Shown here in pieces: positions 1 to 10,547 of a stretch of DNA of 20,000 nt (its first letter is position 1; every line of letters starts with the position of its first letter). Source of the stretch: Lophium mytilinum (lineage: Eukaryota). The stretch covers positions 555,028-575,027 of the forward strand of contig MU004182.1 in NCBI GenBank assembly GCA_010093605.1, read 5' to 3'. The notes below the pieces were generated by a model. It saw only the letters and a list, made by a program, of their open reading frames with translations. It searched no databases and was not told where the DNA came from. The position numbers and the translations under genes were made by a program.

Positions 1-2
1 TT

Positions 3-1019
3 AGCGTCCGCGCCATCAGATTCCAGGCGGAAGATGAGTTACCGCAGTGGTATTGGCTCCCATACCAGGAAATAGTAAATACTCGATATGATGGACTGGA
101 TCAGATTGTTACGTTGTTCCCTTACTCCACAGCCTCTTTGCGGTACTCACTTAAACGGAGTGCCGTTCTCTATGAAGATCGCCCGCACGAGATCATCATA
201 CACTTTAGAAATCAGTCAAATTCAAACGACAGCATCAAAGCGGCTACCGATGGACTTGCATCATACGACTGGTATGGTTCAGCCGTCGCTTACGGAAAGA
301 TCCCTCGAATTGGTGATCAGCCAACAGTTCTCTTCGACCTCGACATGTCGGATTATACTCGCATCGTCAAATGGCTAACTTCCTTCAATCCCGAAGTCAA
401 TGCGTACGATCCATCTTGGCGAGGGGGCGAGATGAACGTGAAAGGTGTTGTGGTTAAGAATGCATGGAACCCAGCCTCTGGTCTTGCAGTGACCGAGGGG
501 CCTTTGGCGATATACAATTCTGCTGCTATTCCGCCTGACCATGCAATGTTCCGCACGGATCGGTTTCAATACTCGCCCATCTCTACTCTGCTTGGAATCA
601 ATCTTGCGGTATCCAGATACCCACTGATCAGATCTCACACAAAGACTAGAAAGAAGTCCAAAGACGCCGGGTGCTCGACTATGTACCTACTTCTGCAGTG
701 CAATCCAGATAACGCTGAAGAATGGGGCTTCCCACCCGCCGTATGGAGCGACAACATCGGAGATCTCTACCTAGTGCGCAGCGATCGCAAAGCACTCCTC
801 TGGCAGCACGTCGACGCCCTCATCAGCTTCTGCCAATTCACGATTGCACCTCTATTTGAGAGATCTCGACAAAAGGCATCAGTAGGCGGCATATGCAAGG
901 AAAATGTGCTGGCAGAGCTTACCCCGGAGTTGTTCAAGACATTCTTTGAGCGATATCGTGCTGAGAAAGCCGAGGAGGATCCGGCTTGGGGAGAGATTGC
1001 TTCACCATATGATGTGTGA
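3..1019 (+). CDS. 5'-truncated hypothetical protein, tandem paralogue of the MYND-finger-associated protein at 1898-3250
   Basis: The frame is open from base 3 (SVRAIRFQAEDELPQWYWLPYQE...) into ORF 114-1019. It shares motifs with the downstream gene: SVRAIRF/SVRAIHF, WYGSAVAY/WRGPVMAY, DLDMSDY/DITMEDY, YSPISTLLG/YSPLSAFLG, VRSDRKAL/VREDRKPL, RAEKA, EIASPYDV/EIPSPFEV. The N-terminus lies outside the window. Confidence 0.8.
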   Translation, partial: SVRAIRFQAEDELPQWYWLPYQEIVNTRYDGLDQIVTLFPYSTASLRYSLKRSAVLYEDRPHEIIIHFRNQSNSNDSIKAATDGLASYDWYGSAVAYGKIPRIGDQPTVLFDLDMSDYTRIVKWLTSFNPEVNAYDPSWRGGEMNVKGVVVKNAWNPASGLAVTEGPLAIYNSAAIPPDHAMFRTDRFQYSPISTLLGINLAVSRYPLIRSHTKTRKKSKDAGCSTMYLLLQCNPDNAEEWGFPPAVWSDNIGDLYLVRSDRKALLWQHVDALISFCQFTIAPLFERSRQKASVGGICKENVLAELTPELFKTFFERYRAEKAEEDPAWGEIASPYDV

Positions 1020-1843
1020 GGCTGGGTCATCAAGACGGGAGATATGCTGCATGCGAGATCATTTCGAGGGTGGGTTTCGAGTTGGTTTGACAGTTCTGAA
1101 TCACTTCTTTTTTTGAGCGACAAGGGCCCAGCATTGAGCTGTAGTAACTTGCGACAACTTGCATACTTATCTGGCGTTGCATGGAGTGGCACCAAAAGCT
1201 TTCAAAATTTTAGACGGGTCTTTTCTCAGGCCATTTCAGGGTAGCACATTTTCATCTTACAGTTTTCTTGCTACCTGGCTGCACCTCTATCAACACACTT
1301 GGGTGATGCCAGCAGGTTTTAGGTGGTAGTCTTCAAACAAGTGATTATGTTGTAACCCGGCTAACCTGTTAGGTACACACCTATTCTGGGTCTGCGTACA
1401 CTGGCCTAGCACCGCTTTAGGTGCCCTGGTATGTTATGAAGAGCTGGAAAACGACAGGTCTGACATCTCTCTCAGCTACTTGGGCTACCTCAGACGGCGT
1501 CATGATAGACCACGCAACCGAGGAAGCTTGCTCTGGGATCGTACTGCCCGGACCTTGCCCAGACCTTACCCGCTCTTCTCTTCCTACGACTTCACGTGAT
1601 CACTGCCAAGGCGTCCGTTTCTTGACGCCTTTCCAAACTCAGTTCCATCTCAACTTCTTATGATGTCATCCATCGTGGCATCACTCCACGTGGTAAGCGA
1701 AATCTCGCACATCACAACACGTCGCGCGGTCCTTTCCTTTCCTTTCGCCTCCAACCTCTCTATCCGCGCCACATCGGCCCACTAGCAACGAAGCGTCACC
1801 CCCTGCTGGTCAACAGTTGGTTACTCGCGAGGCCAATTCACCG

Positions 1844-1895
1844 GTACGTGTCCTCTTGGATTTGAAGCATGCCTCAGTCTTGCTAACTTCAACAG
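1844..1895 (+). other. Probable 5'-UTR intron (52 nt)
   Basis: GTACGT donor, GCTAAC branch site and CAG acceptor ending 2 nt before ATG 1898. Confidence 0.7.
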
Positions 1896-1897
1896 AG

Positions 1898-3250
1898 ATG
1901 TCGCTGTCGATGCGTGGGCTTGAGGACAGCCAGTTCGAGGTCGAAGACGAACATCCTTCCGATATGAGTACAGACGGCGACGCAGACTACACCATGGAGG
2001 AAAATGAAGATGTGGATTCAGACAAAGGACCGGGAGAAGATGGCGACTTTGGCTCTATCGAAACGCCCCCGCTCATTCCAAGTGTCCATTGCGTGATGTG
2101 CAACAACGCCGCGTCGCTAGACTATTCGACCTACCACTCAATCAAGTACTGCTTCGAATCTTGCAAGAAGGGCGATTTGCCGGTCCACGAACTCCTTTGC
2201 CAAAAGTTCGCAGATTAGAAGCCTCCAGAACACAGGAGGTCCGTTCGAGCGATCCACTTCCCGTTTGCCGATTACTCGCCCAAGATAGTCGGGCTGCCAT
2301 ACAAGAAGGAGGTGGTCAAGGACAACTACCAATGGATGCTGTTTGAAGATGTTCGTGGAACCCGCCTTGAGTACGAAAAGGCCTTCGTCATCAGCGAGAG
2401 CCAGGTTCTCGGAAGAAAGCTAACACGCGTGATCAAGGTCGTTTGTGGGGATACCTCGATTCCGATGGTTGACAACCCGCGCGCCTTCCTTGCGTTGGCA
2501 TGTTCGTACAGCCTAAGCATCCATCGATCTACGAAAAAACTCGGGAGTTTCTCTTGGCGTGGTCCTGTTATGGCATATGCACAAGATGGTGAAGACGGGA
2601 CGGGCAGTTTGCTTGATATCACAATGGAAGATTATCGTCACGTTATCGACTTCTTTACGACCCACGGCCAGGACTCTGGCATGCAGGTGCTCTCTCTAGC
2701 GAAGCCGCCAGGTCGTCTCGAATGTGTCGCAATGGAAGTTGACGCGCTCCGAACCGCCGGCCGCTATTTCGGGCCTGTCGGTACAGAATACACTCAATTG
2801 AGTGTCCCGGCCCACCACGAGCTATTCCACCAGACCATCTATTCTCCGCTTTCAGCCTTTCTTGGTCTTCCGCTGCAGGTTGCACGCTACCCATTCTTCG
2901 GACTGTTCAACGAAGATGATGTCTTCTCCCCTATCCGTGATCTTATGCTCTTTCGCGACGATCAAGCTGCCAAAGATCCCCGAGATAGCCTGTCGGCCGT
3001 TGTCGTTCGAGAGGACCGGAAGCCACTTGCGCCACTGCATCTGGAAGCACTCATGGAGTTCATCGAGTCTAAGATCCTTCCAATGATGCCCGAGTTCAGG
3101 AGGGACAACCCTGGGGTAAAGATGTCGATGGAGCACCTGCGAGGCAAGGTTACGCCGGATGATTTCAAGAACTTCTTCCATAACCTCCGAGCTGAAAAGG
3201 CCCAAAAGGATGCTAGTCTGCTGGAGATTCCCTCCCCGTTCGAGGTCTAA
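1898..3250 (+). pseudogene. MYND-type zinc-finger protein, disrupted by an in-frame TAG at 2216-2218 and a degenerate finger
   Basis: ORFs 1817-2218 and 2312-3250 are in the same frame, and the gap reads through as KPPEHRRSVRAIHFPFADYSPKIVGLPY. An acidic N-terminus is followed by CVMC-x7-YSTY-x4-YC-x3-C-x7-H-x3-C, which is MYND spacing with the second CxxC read as YxxY. Confidence 0.8.
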
Positions 3251-3434
3251 GTGTTGGAACATCAGAGGCTCACTTGGTTGCAGCTCTTTGATAGCTACCT
3301 AATAGGCTAGCATTTGGAACAAATTCCTCTTAATCATACACTTGTGCTTTGGCCTAAATGTGAATGGGAAGCCTTCTAACTTGCAACCGCTTTCAATGTG
3401 ATACCGCCACTTCTTACAGCACTGGGCCATACGT

Positions 3435-4725
3435 CTGGGCACACAGATCTATCACTGCTGCTTAGTTCCAATGTTGCATACCTAATACCACTGTAGGGGG
3501 TAGTCTAGCTGCCGGCCAGCTAATTAACCAAGAGCTAGTCTAATCTGCACCGCTTGAAATTTAACATCGTCCTTGGATCTCCAAAATCCTAAGTACCAGA
3601 GTTTATGACTACTTGGCTCTAATATTGCTCATCTGCTGATACCGTAGGCGATAGCCTAGCTAATTAATAGCTTATTAGTCAAGAGGTAGTCTATTTTGCC
3701 GCGCTTAAATTATAGCATTGCCTTGGACCTCTTTATATCTAGGCACACGAAACTTTCACCGCATAGCTTTGATATTGCTCACTTAACAACACCGTAGGGG
3801 GTAGCCTGGCTACCAACTAGCTGCATAGTCAAGAGGTAGTCTAATCTGCACCGCTTAAAACTCAATATCGCCCTTAGATTTCCATAAGTCTGGCACACGA
3901 AAATTAAGCCGCTCAGCGTTTAATATTGCTTACTTAACGATACCGTAGGGGGTAGCCTGGCTACCGACTAGCTAATCAGTCAAGAGATAGTGTAATTCGA
4001 ACCCTCTAAAAGTTGACATCTGCCAAAATTATTTTGAGCACGTGAGGGCACCTCTTACAGCGCCACCACCCCTCCAAAACAACACCTCCGTTCTAATTTT
4101 CTCGATGTCCATCGCCTATCTGGGCCACCTCAGACGCTGGCAAGCACCTCTATGCATTTTAGCTTAGCACTCGTCCCAATATGCACTGTCTAGAACTGGA
4201 CATCGCCCTTGGATATCCATTAGTCTAGGCACATAAATCTGTCAATAGTTAGTCTTAGTATTGCTCACTTGATACCACTGTAGGGGGTGGTCTAGCGGCC
4301 GACCAGCCAATCAGTGAAGAGTCAGTCTAATTTGCACTGTTTCCTTAGATCTATATAAGCCTGCGCACATAAATCTACCACTGCATGGCTCTCATGTTGC
4401 TCACTTAACACCACTGTGGGGAGTGGTCTAGCTGCTGACTAGTAATTAGTCAAGAGTGAGTCTAATATGCAATGTCTCTTTAGATTTTTGTATGTATGGG
4501 CACACGAATCTGTTAATGCTTGGCTTTATTGTTGCTCACTCAACACCACTGTGGGGGTAAGTCTAGCTGCTGGCCAGCTAGCTGGTCAAGAGTCAGTCTG
4601 ATCTGCACTGTTTTCTTGGATATCTAAGGCTGGGCACACGAATCTATCACTGCTTGGTTCTCATGTTGCTCACTCAACACCACTGTAAGGGGTAGCCTGA
4701 CCGCTAAGTAGCTTATTAGTCAAAA
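3435..4725. repeat. Degenerate tandem array of 8 units (~151-bp then ~135-bp period) with a ~150-bp unique interruption
   Basis: The anchor (GTAGGGGG-like) recurs at 3493, 3644, 3794, 3945, 4280, 4416, 4551 and 4685, giving spacings 151, 150, 151, 335, 136, 135, 134. Recurrent blocks are GGCACACGAA, TTGCTCACTT, TAGTCAAGAG and GTCTAATCTGCAC. Confidence 0.9.
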
Positions 4726-4749
4726 GTCCGCCCAATTTGAAGTCATAAA

Positions 4750-6045
4750 TCACTCCTCTTCCTTCTGTCCCACACCACCCAGCACACCTCCAAGCAGTCC
4801 CCCAACGCCCTTATACACGCCACCAGCCGTACTCCCCACACCCCCAATCAAATCCCCCTTCCCCAGCTTCCCCACCCCCTCCCCAACTCCTCCAGTGAGC
4901 CCACTCACGCCATCACCAAGCCCCTTCCCAACACCCCCGACCACTCCGCCCAACGGCCCCCCCACCGTCTCCCCAACCCCCCCCCCCCCCCCCCCCCCCC
5001 CCGTATTCCCCACCCCCCCCCCCCCCCCGTATTCCCGACGCCCGAGCCCAGCCCCGCCGCCGTACCCCTCGCATCCCCCTTCCCAATCGCATTCGTCGTC
5101 TTCGACACCGTCCCCTGCAGTCCCTTCGTCGTGCCGCCGATCGTATAGTCCAGCCCGTCCGTCACATTCGACGCCGTCTTCCCCACGCCGTCGGTGACGT
5201 GCTTGACGGGCTTGCCGACGCCGGCGGGCATTCTATCGAGGCCGTAGCCAGCGGTGCCGGTGACGCCGCCGACGACGCCGGACACGCCTGAGGTTGCGGT
5301 CGAGGTGGTGCTGTTGAGGCCGGAGGAGAGGGTGGAGACGCCCTTGTTGGTGGTGCCGGTGACGACGTTGGAGGTTTTACTGAGGGCGGATTGGGGCTTT
5401 GCGGAGGCTTTTTTAGCGGCGGGGGAGGAGGTGGTGGGGGTGGTGGGTGTGAGTTTCTTGGGGGCGGGTTTTTTGAGGGGTTTCGGGGTTGTCGAGGCGG
5501 GTTCGGATGCTGGAGTGGTGCCTTTGGGGGTGGGAATAAGTGGCGTAGCGCCGGGGGTACTGGCGATCTTGCTGGTTGGGGCGGGTTTCTTGTTGGCAGC
5601 TGGAGAGGAGGTGGAAGGGGTTTCTTTCTTCAATGGGGTTGAGGTAGTCTCTGAAGGAGTAGCTTTTGCGGGTGTTGTGGTCTTTGGTTTCGCAATAGGG
5701 AGTGGCTTTTTGGTCCCAATAGGGGTCCTAGTAGCAGCAGATTTCGCCGCTGGCGTTGTGCTAGAAGCTGAGTCTCCAAGTTTTGTGGGAGCAGCCTTTG
5801 CTGGCGTAGTCTTCGCAGGTGTTGTCGTCTTCGCTTTCGCAACAGGGAGAGGTTTCTTGGTTCCAATAGGTGTGCGTGTCTTCGCAGGAGTGGCTGCTGG
5901 AGTCTTTTTTGCACCATCTGCTATCTTAGAAACACCATCTATAGTATCATGTTAGTTGAGCGCTGTATCATTTACCAATAGTGCAATGGCGGTACGAACC
6001 CTGAAGAGCGGCATTCTGCTTCTTGAGGTCGTCAACTGCTGACAT
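4750..6045 (-). CDS. Low-complexity protein with a Pro/Thr/Lys/Ala-rich repetitive N-half and a Gly-rich amphipathic (LEA-like) C-half; frame broken at poly-C runs
   Basis: Exon 1 is 6045-6000 (MSAVDDLKKQNAALQ). The intron is 5999-5939 (GTTCGT..CTAAC..TAG). Exon 2 is in frame with ORF 4905-5633 and has the internal repeat TRTPIGTKKPLP(V/I)AK twice. The C-terminus (..GGVLGGVGQKEEE*) is in another frame (4750-5013), with the shift inside the C26/C16 runs. Confidence 0.7.
4977..5028. repeat. Homopolymer runs C26 (4977-5002) and C16 (5013-5028) with duplicated CCGTATTCCC
   Basis: Read directly from the sequence. Confidence 0.95.
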
Positions 6046-6231
6046 GATTGAAAATTTACGTCGAGAATATGGATATAGTTGATATGGTTTTAGATTTGAT
6101 ATATTTTGAAGCTCAACTTGTGGTTAATATTGACTGTATCAGAGAGGAAATCGGGATGAAAATATAAGTCTCATGAGAGTGCTCGCTACGTCATGATGCA
6201 GGGAGGGGGCCTCGACCTGGTCAGAACTTGG

Positions 6232-6716
6232 ATTTGTCGGGTGCAAAATAGCAGTCAATCCTTGGCACATTTCTCTGCCACACCACACAATCTCTAAAGA
6301 ACACTAACTATACAATATACTAATAGAATTAATCTTAAAAGCTAAAGATCTTTATATCTAGGCTGCTAGAGTATGTTTTCTAGGTTTTAGGCATTATTAA
6401 TTACTTTTAAGTGTATAGTTCTAGGTCTAGTAAGCACGTAAGAAGAGGTATACCTAGCCGCCCGCAAAAGTACCGCCGGAAGTACTGCCGCAAACATCCC
6501 GCCCGCGAAAAGGTCTAAACTTTACTATTAGATAAATTGTCCGCCCTCTTATATAATAAGCCTAGAATTTAGGCTTAGAGTAAAGAGTATATAAACTAGC
6601 TCCTATAGAAGTTTAACGGTAATAGCCCTATCTTTACATAACTTGAACTTTTAGAAATCGTGTGGTGTGGCAGAGAAATGTGCCAAGGATTGACTGCTAT
6701 TTTGCACCCGACAAAT
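6232..6716. mobile_element. Non-autonomous TIR DNA transposon (MITE-like), 485 bp, with a RIP-mutated interior
   Basis: Perfect 57-bp inverted repeats at 6232-6288 and 6660-6716 (ATTTGTCGGGTGCAAAATAGCAGTCAATCC...CACACCACAC), extending imperfectly ~10 bp inward. The interior is TpA-rich, CpA/TpG-poor and has no ORF. Confidence 0.9.
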
Positions 6717-6941
6717 GTTTCGCTTCGAGAGCAACGCGTTCGTAATGCACTACAAGGGCCATGCCTGGGCACGTCGTATGTAGATCAGGGTTGGATCTTG
6801 GAAGCTTGCAAGATCTCATCGTCCGGGGTCTCGTTAGTCACGTGGCGCCAAGAGATCAGTGAAGTTCCAAAGCGCGATCTCCCGCATTAGCTTTTCACTA
6901 AAAAGCTACCACCCCACAAAACACCACTCCATGCATCGCCA

Positions 6942-8311
6942 ATGTTCGACACTGTGTGCACCCTCCCGCTGACCTCGGACCTCTTCGCCCAGGCCATTCA
7001 CCCGTCTGAGCCAATTGTCTCGGTTGGCCTTGCTGGTGGCCATGTTCAGACCTATCGCCTCCCCCCAGTAGCCTTTGACGGCAGCTCTGGGGGCGATGTG
7101 ACCGCGCCGGAGAACGGATTTGGGACCATAGACACAATCTGGAGGACCCGACGGCACAAAGGAAGCTGTAGGACCCTCGCCTTTAGCGTTGATGGATCCC
7201 AATTGTATTCTGCTGGTACCGATGGCCTCGTAAAAGCCGCCGACTCAATGACCGGACAGGTCGTCTCGAAGATTGCTATACCGCATGACGCGTAAGTTTC
7301 TACTATTCATACCCCCCCCCAAGGCTTCCTACAGCTGTAGTGGGGCTTGTCGGACTGCATTGGGCTCTCCAGCTAACTTGGATTAGAACTACAAACAAGT
7401 CGGATGCGCCCGCCCTACTCCACGGTCTATCGCCCCAAACGTTACTCCTCGCGACCGATTCCTCAGCCCTACATATATATGACATCCGTGCACCACACTC
7501 GCAACTTGCTTCGAGACCTAGTCAGACCCATCATCCGCACGACGATTATATTGCCTCTTTGACCCCTCTTCCACCATCCGCCGCTAGCACCAGCGGGTTC
7601 AGCAAACAATGGGTGACCACAGGCGGAACTACACTCGCTGTAACTGATCTTCGGCGGGGTGTCTTAGTCCGCAGCGAAGATCAGGAGGAGGAAATGCTGA
7701 GCTCGGTTTTCGTGGGAGGCATGACTGCGAGGGGAACTAGCAAAGGAGAAAAGATACTTGTCGGAGGAGGCAGCGGCGTGCTGACTCTCTGGGAGCGCGG
7801 TCAATGGGATGATCAAGACGAACGAATCATTGTCGATCGGAACCCCAAAGGTGGAGAAAGCCTAGATGTATTGACAGCGGTTCCTGAAGGCATTGGAGCA
7901 TGGGGCAAGATCGTAGCAGTGGGCCAGGGCGATGGTCTCGTGCGATTTGTGCGCATCGGGCAGAACAAAGTGATCGCCCAGCTCAGGCATGATGGGGAGT
8001 ATGAGGATCAGGACCACCCTGGAGAACCTGTCGTCGGCCTGGGCTTCGATGTGGGTGGGCGCATGATCAGCGGTGGCGGCACGAAGCTCAAGGTCTGGCA
8101 TGAGAAGGTTGCAAACGAAGACGAGGCCGAAGAAGCAGAGGGAAATGGAGTCAGCAAGAGAGAGTTGAGCGACGATAGTGACGAAGAAGATGAGGAGGAC
8201 GAGGACAGCAGCGACGACGAGCGGAAGCGACGCAAGCGAAAGAAGCAGAATAAAGGGAAGGACAGAATCGGAAATCACGGTATCATGGCAACTTTCAGTG
8301 GGTTGGATTAG
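6942..8311 (+). CDS. JIP5: WD-repeat protein JIP5 (WDR55 family, nucleolar/ribosome biogenesis), ~424 aa
   Basis: Exons 6942-7291 and 7387-8311; intron 7292-7386 (GTAAGT..GCTAAC..TAG) joins them in frame. Characteristic segments are [39 protein letters not shown] and [10 protein letters not shown], followed by an acidic then basic (NLS-like) tail ending FSGLD. Confidence 0.9.
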
Positions 8312-8747
8312 TTCAACCCGCATATCTCGGGACGTGACGCTGGTGAGTAGGATACCCGTGCATTGCAGTCCAGTCCTCGCTTCTGAGGTTTCTCATGCAA
8401 TGTTCACTTTTCGGTCTAGTATACCTTAGTCTTTGGGTCTGATCAGCTCATACCTTCTCTTCTCAATTCGGATCATATTATGGTCTGTTGTAAGTTTTCA
8501 AAAATATATCAGATGGAGAACTCTTCTCATCTAAAACAATCGAGTGAAGCGTCTCACTTCTTACAACATGGGGAATTGATGAGTTCCGCGCCTCGGCACA
8601 GTATTTGTCACATGATTTTGGCTCATTGCATTACTTCTACATCTATACTCGAGGGTGCTGTCGTTTTCTAAAGCCTAATTAGGCCTATTCCGAGCCGCTT
8701 TGCAGCTGTTACAGAGAAGAAAGTTGAGATGGACATAGACCGCTACC

Positions 8748-10547
8748 TCATAGATCAAGCCGAGCGGCCCGATCCTCCAGTCCATCGAAATCGGTCATCC
8801 AAGGCCGCGAGGTCCGTGAAGAAAGAACTCGATTATGGCGGCCCTGCGCATTGATATCCGAACAATTGTCATCCCAAAAGGTCCGGAATTGAGTTCCCAT
8901 CTTCCCTCCATGACCAGGAAGCCTTCCAAGAGCGTCTTTCACGTTCAAGAAGAGATCCAAAGTTTCATTGGACAAGCCCCAGCCGCATATGAACAGCATG
9001 TGTTTCTCATCGGAGCGGTACACCATATTTTTTCGGCTGTAAACGACTTCGGCATGGAACTGATCGTACACCGCTTTTGCGGGGATGAGTGACGGGATTC
9101 CGAATCTGAGTCCCATGTCGGTGAGGAAGTTCAAATGGAGATAGAGCATATGTTTGTATTTGTTAGGTTCTACGCTTATGGTTGGCACGTGCCTCGGGAC
9201 AAACAACGGCACCTCGAAACCTCCTTCGGTCTGAAGCGCGCGTTCCACGATGGTCTTTCCGCTGCTGTCTCGCCTTGTCACATCCGCTTTGGCCTCAATC
9301 AGGAGCCCTGCCCAGCCGAGCTTGCTGCTGGAATAGCTGGGCTTGCTGGAATCGCTTGACATGACGAGATGGAGTGGCGTTTGACCTCGAGAGTTGCGGA
9401 CGTTGAGGTTCCTGCAGTAGGGGAGAAGATCCCGAAAGACCTTCGTAGGGCATCCCGGCTTCTCAATGAGCTTGTGTAGTGAGTGGTCGCCGTCGGGATG
9501 CAAGATGTCCGGATTCGCACCCGCACGTAGAAGAGATTCCGTGATAGTGAAGCGCAATTCGAAGGGAGACTGGAAGAATGCGCAGTTGAGAGGATTCCAA
9601 GTATCGTCGGGCCCTCCGATGTCAGGGTTGACGCCCATTCGGAGTAGAGCGTGTACGATGGGCCACTGCGCGGTATTGGTGGCGTAGTGGAGCAGATTGC
9701 CGGTTTCTGGCGTCGCCCATTTCAGGTCCGCTCCGTGTTCGACTAGAATGTGGAGGATCCACGGAAGCTCCGCCTTGAACGTCTGAGGGGTTGGACGCAC
9801 GGGGGTGAGGCTCCGATCGACGTGGTGTTCCCTCGACAAGCTCATTGGGTCCGCTCCAAGCTGCAGTAACAGTCTCATCTATGGTACGTTAGTTAGAGTA
9901 CGTGTGTAGGGTTCTTGTCTCGAACTTACAACTTTCTCTTCGCCCTTTCCGAAGGCCGCTTCATCACCGGTATAGGCTAGCAAGCGGGTTTCATATTGCT
10001 GAACGTGGGCCATTTGGCCCGCTTCGTGGCTCGCATACGTAGGAGTGGCCCGAAACTGCAGCAGCCACTTCTGGAGGAGCTCGGTCATCTGGCTGGGGAA
10101 AGTGTTCCTATCATGGCCTTGCTTCACCGCATATTGGAGCATCGTGAGCAGGATCTCCGTCCGAAGGCCAAGGTTATCCCCAGGAAACCTGGCACCCCAC
10201 TCCCACCTCGCCCAATGCTGCGGAACCGAATCCAACGCGGGCCAAAACCCGCTCGGGGAGATTCCACTAGCATCGTGGTTGACAAGGTACTCAACCATGG
10301 AGTGGATGTTGTGTTTGATGGCCCATTCCATTGCGGGTAGCGTCCGAATATATCTGGGGAATGTGGGTCCGATATCTGCGGCGCTATTTAGGTCCTCCGG
10401 CTTGTCTGCAATGGCGCGCTTGTGAAGTTCCTTGCCTAGGTATGCACGAAGACGGGGATGGGCTTCGATGGTGTGTTTGAGGTCTTTGTTGGTGAGGTCT
10501 TTGGCGACTTCGAGCATGACCTCCATGGGAAGCTCGAGTAGGCCCAT
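8748..10547 (-). CDS. F-box-like + ankyrin-repeat protein, ~582 aa (intact copy)
   Basis: Exon 1 is 10547-9930 (206 codons), then a phase-0 intron 9929-9879 (GTAAGT..CTAAC..TAG), then exon 2 9878-8748. The N-terminal LLELPMEVMLEVAKDL resembles an F-box. Ankyrin motifs include LLQLGADP, LVEHGAD, NLLHYA, LLRAGANPD and RGQTPLHL. Confidence 0.85.

Noticed and set aside
1481..4136. TGGGCYACCTCAGACG shared by 1481-1496 and 4121-4136
   Set aside because: A 15/16 match is expected by chance in a 20-kb self-comparison, and it does not extend convincingly.
3474..4690. Minus-strand CAG|9 nt|GTGAGC pattern in five array units suggesting serial microexons
   Set aside because: Units 2-4 lack the AG, several AGs intervene after the candidate branch sites, and the array lies beyond the upstream gene's stop. 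Only spliced reads could rescue this.
3435..4725. CRISPR-like interpretation of the array
   Set aside because: Units are homologous along their whole length with no unique spacers between constant repeats, there are no cas-like ORFs, and the context is eukaryotic.
5254..5955. 233-aa plus-strand hydrophobic ORF
   Set aside because: Antisense shadow of the Pro/Thr/Lys-rich gene, whose ATG and intron are on the minus strand.
6457..6480. AARKSTAG peptide resembling the histone H3 K9 motif inside the MITE
   Set aside because: Five-residue match in a stop-riddled RIP relic; consistent with chance.
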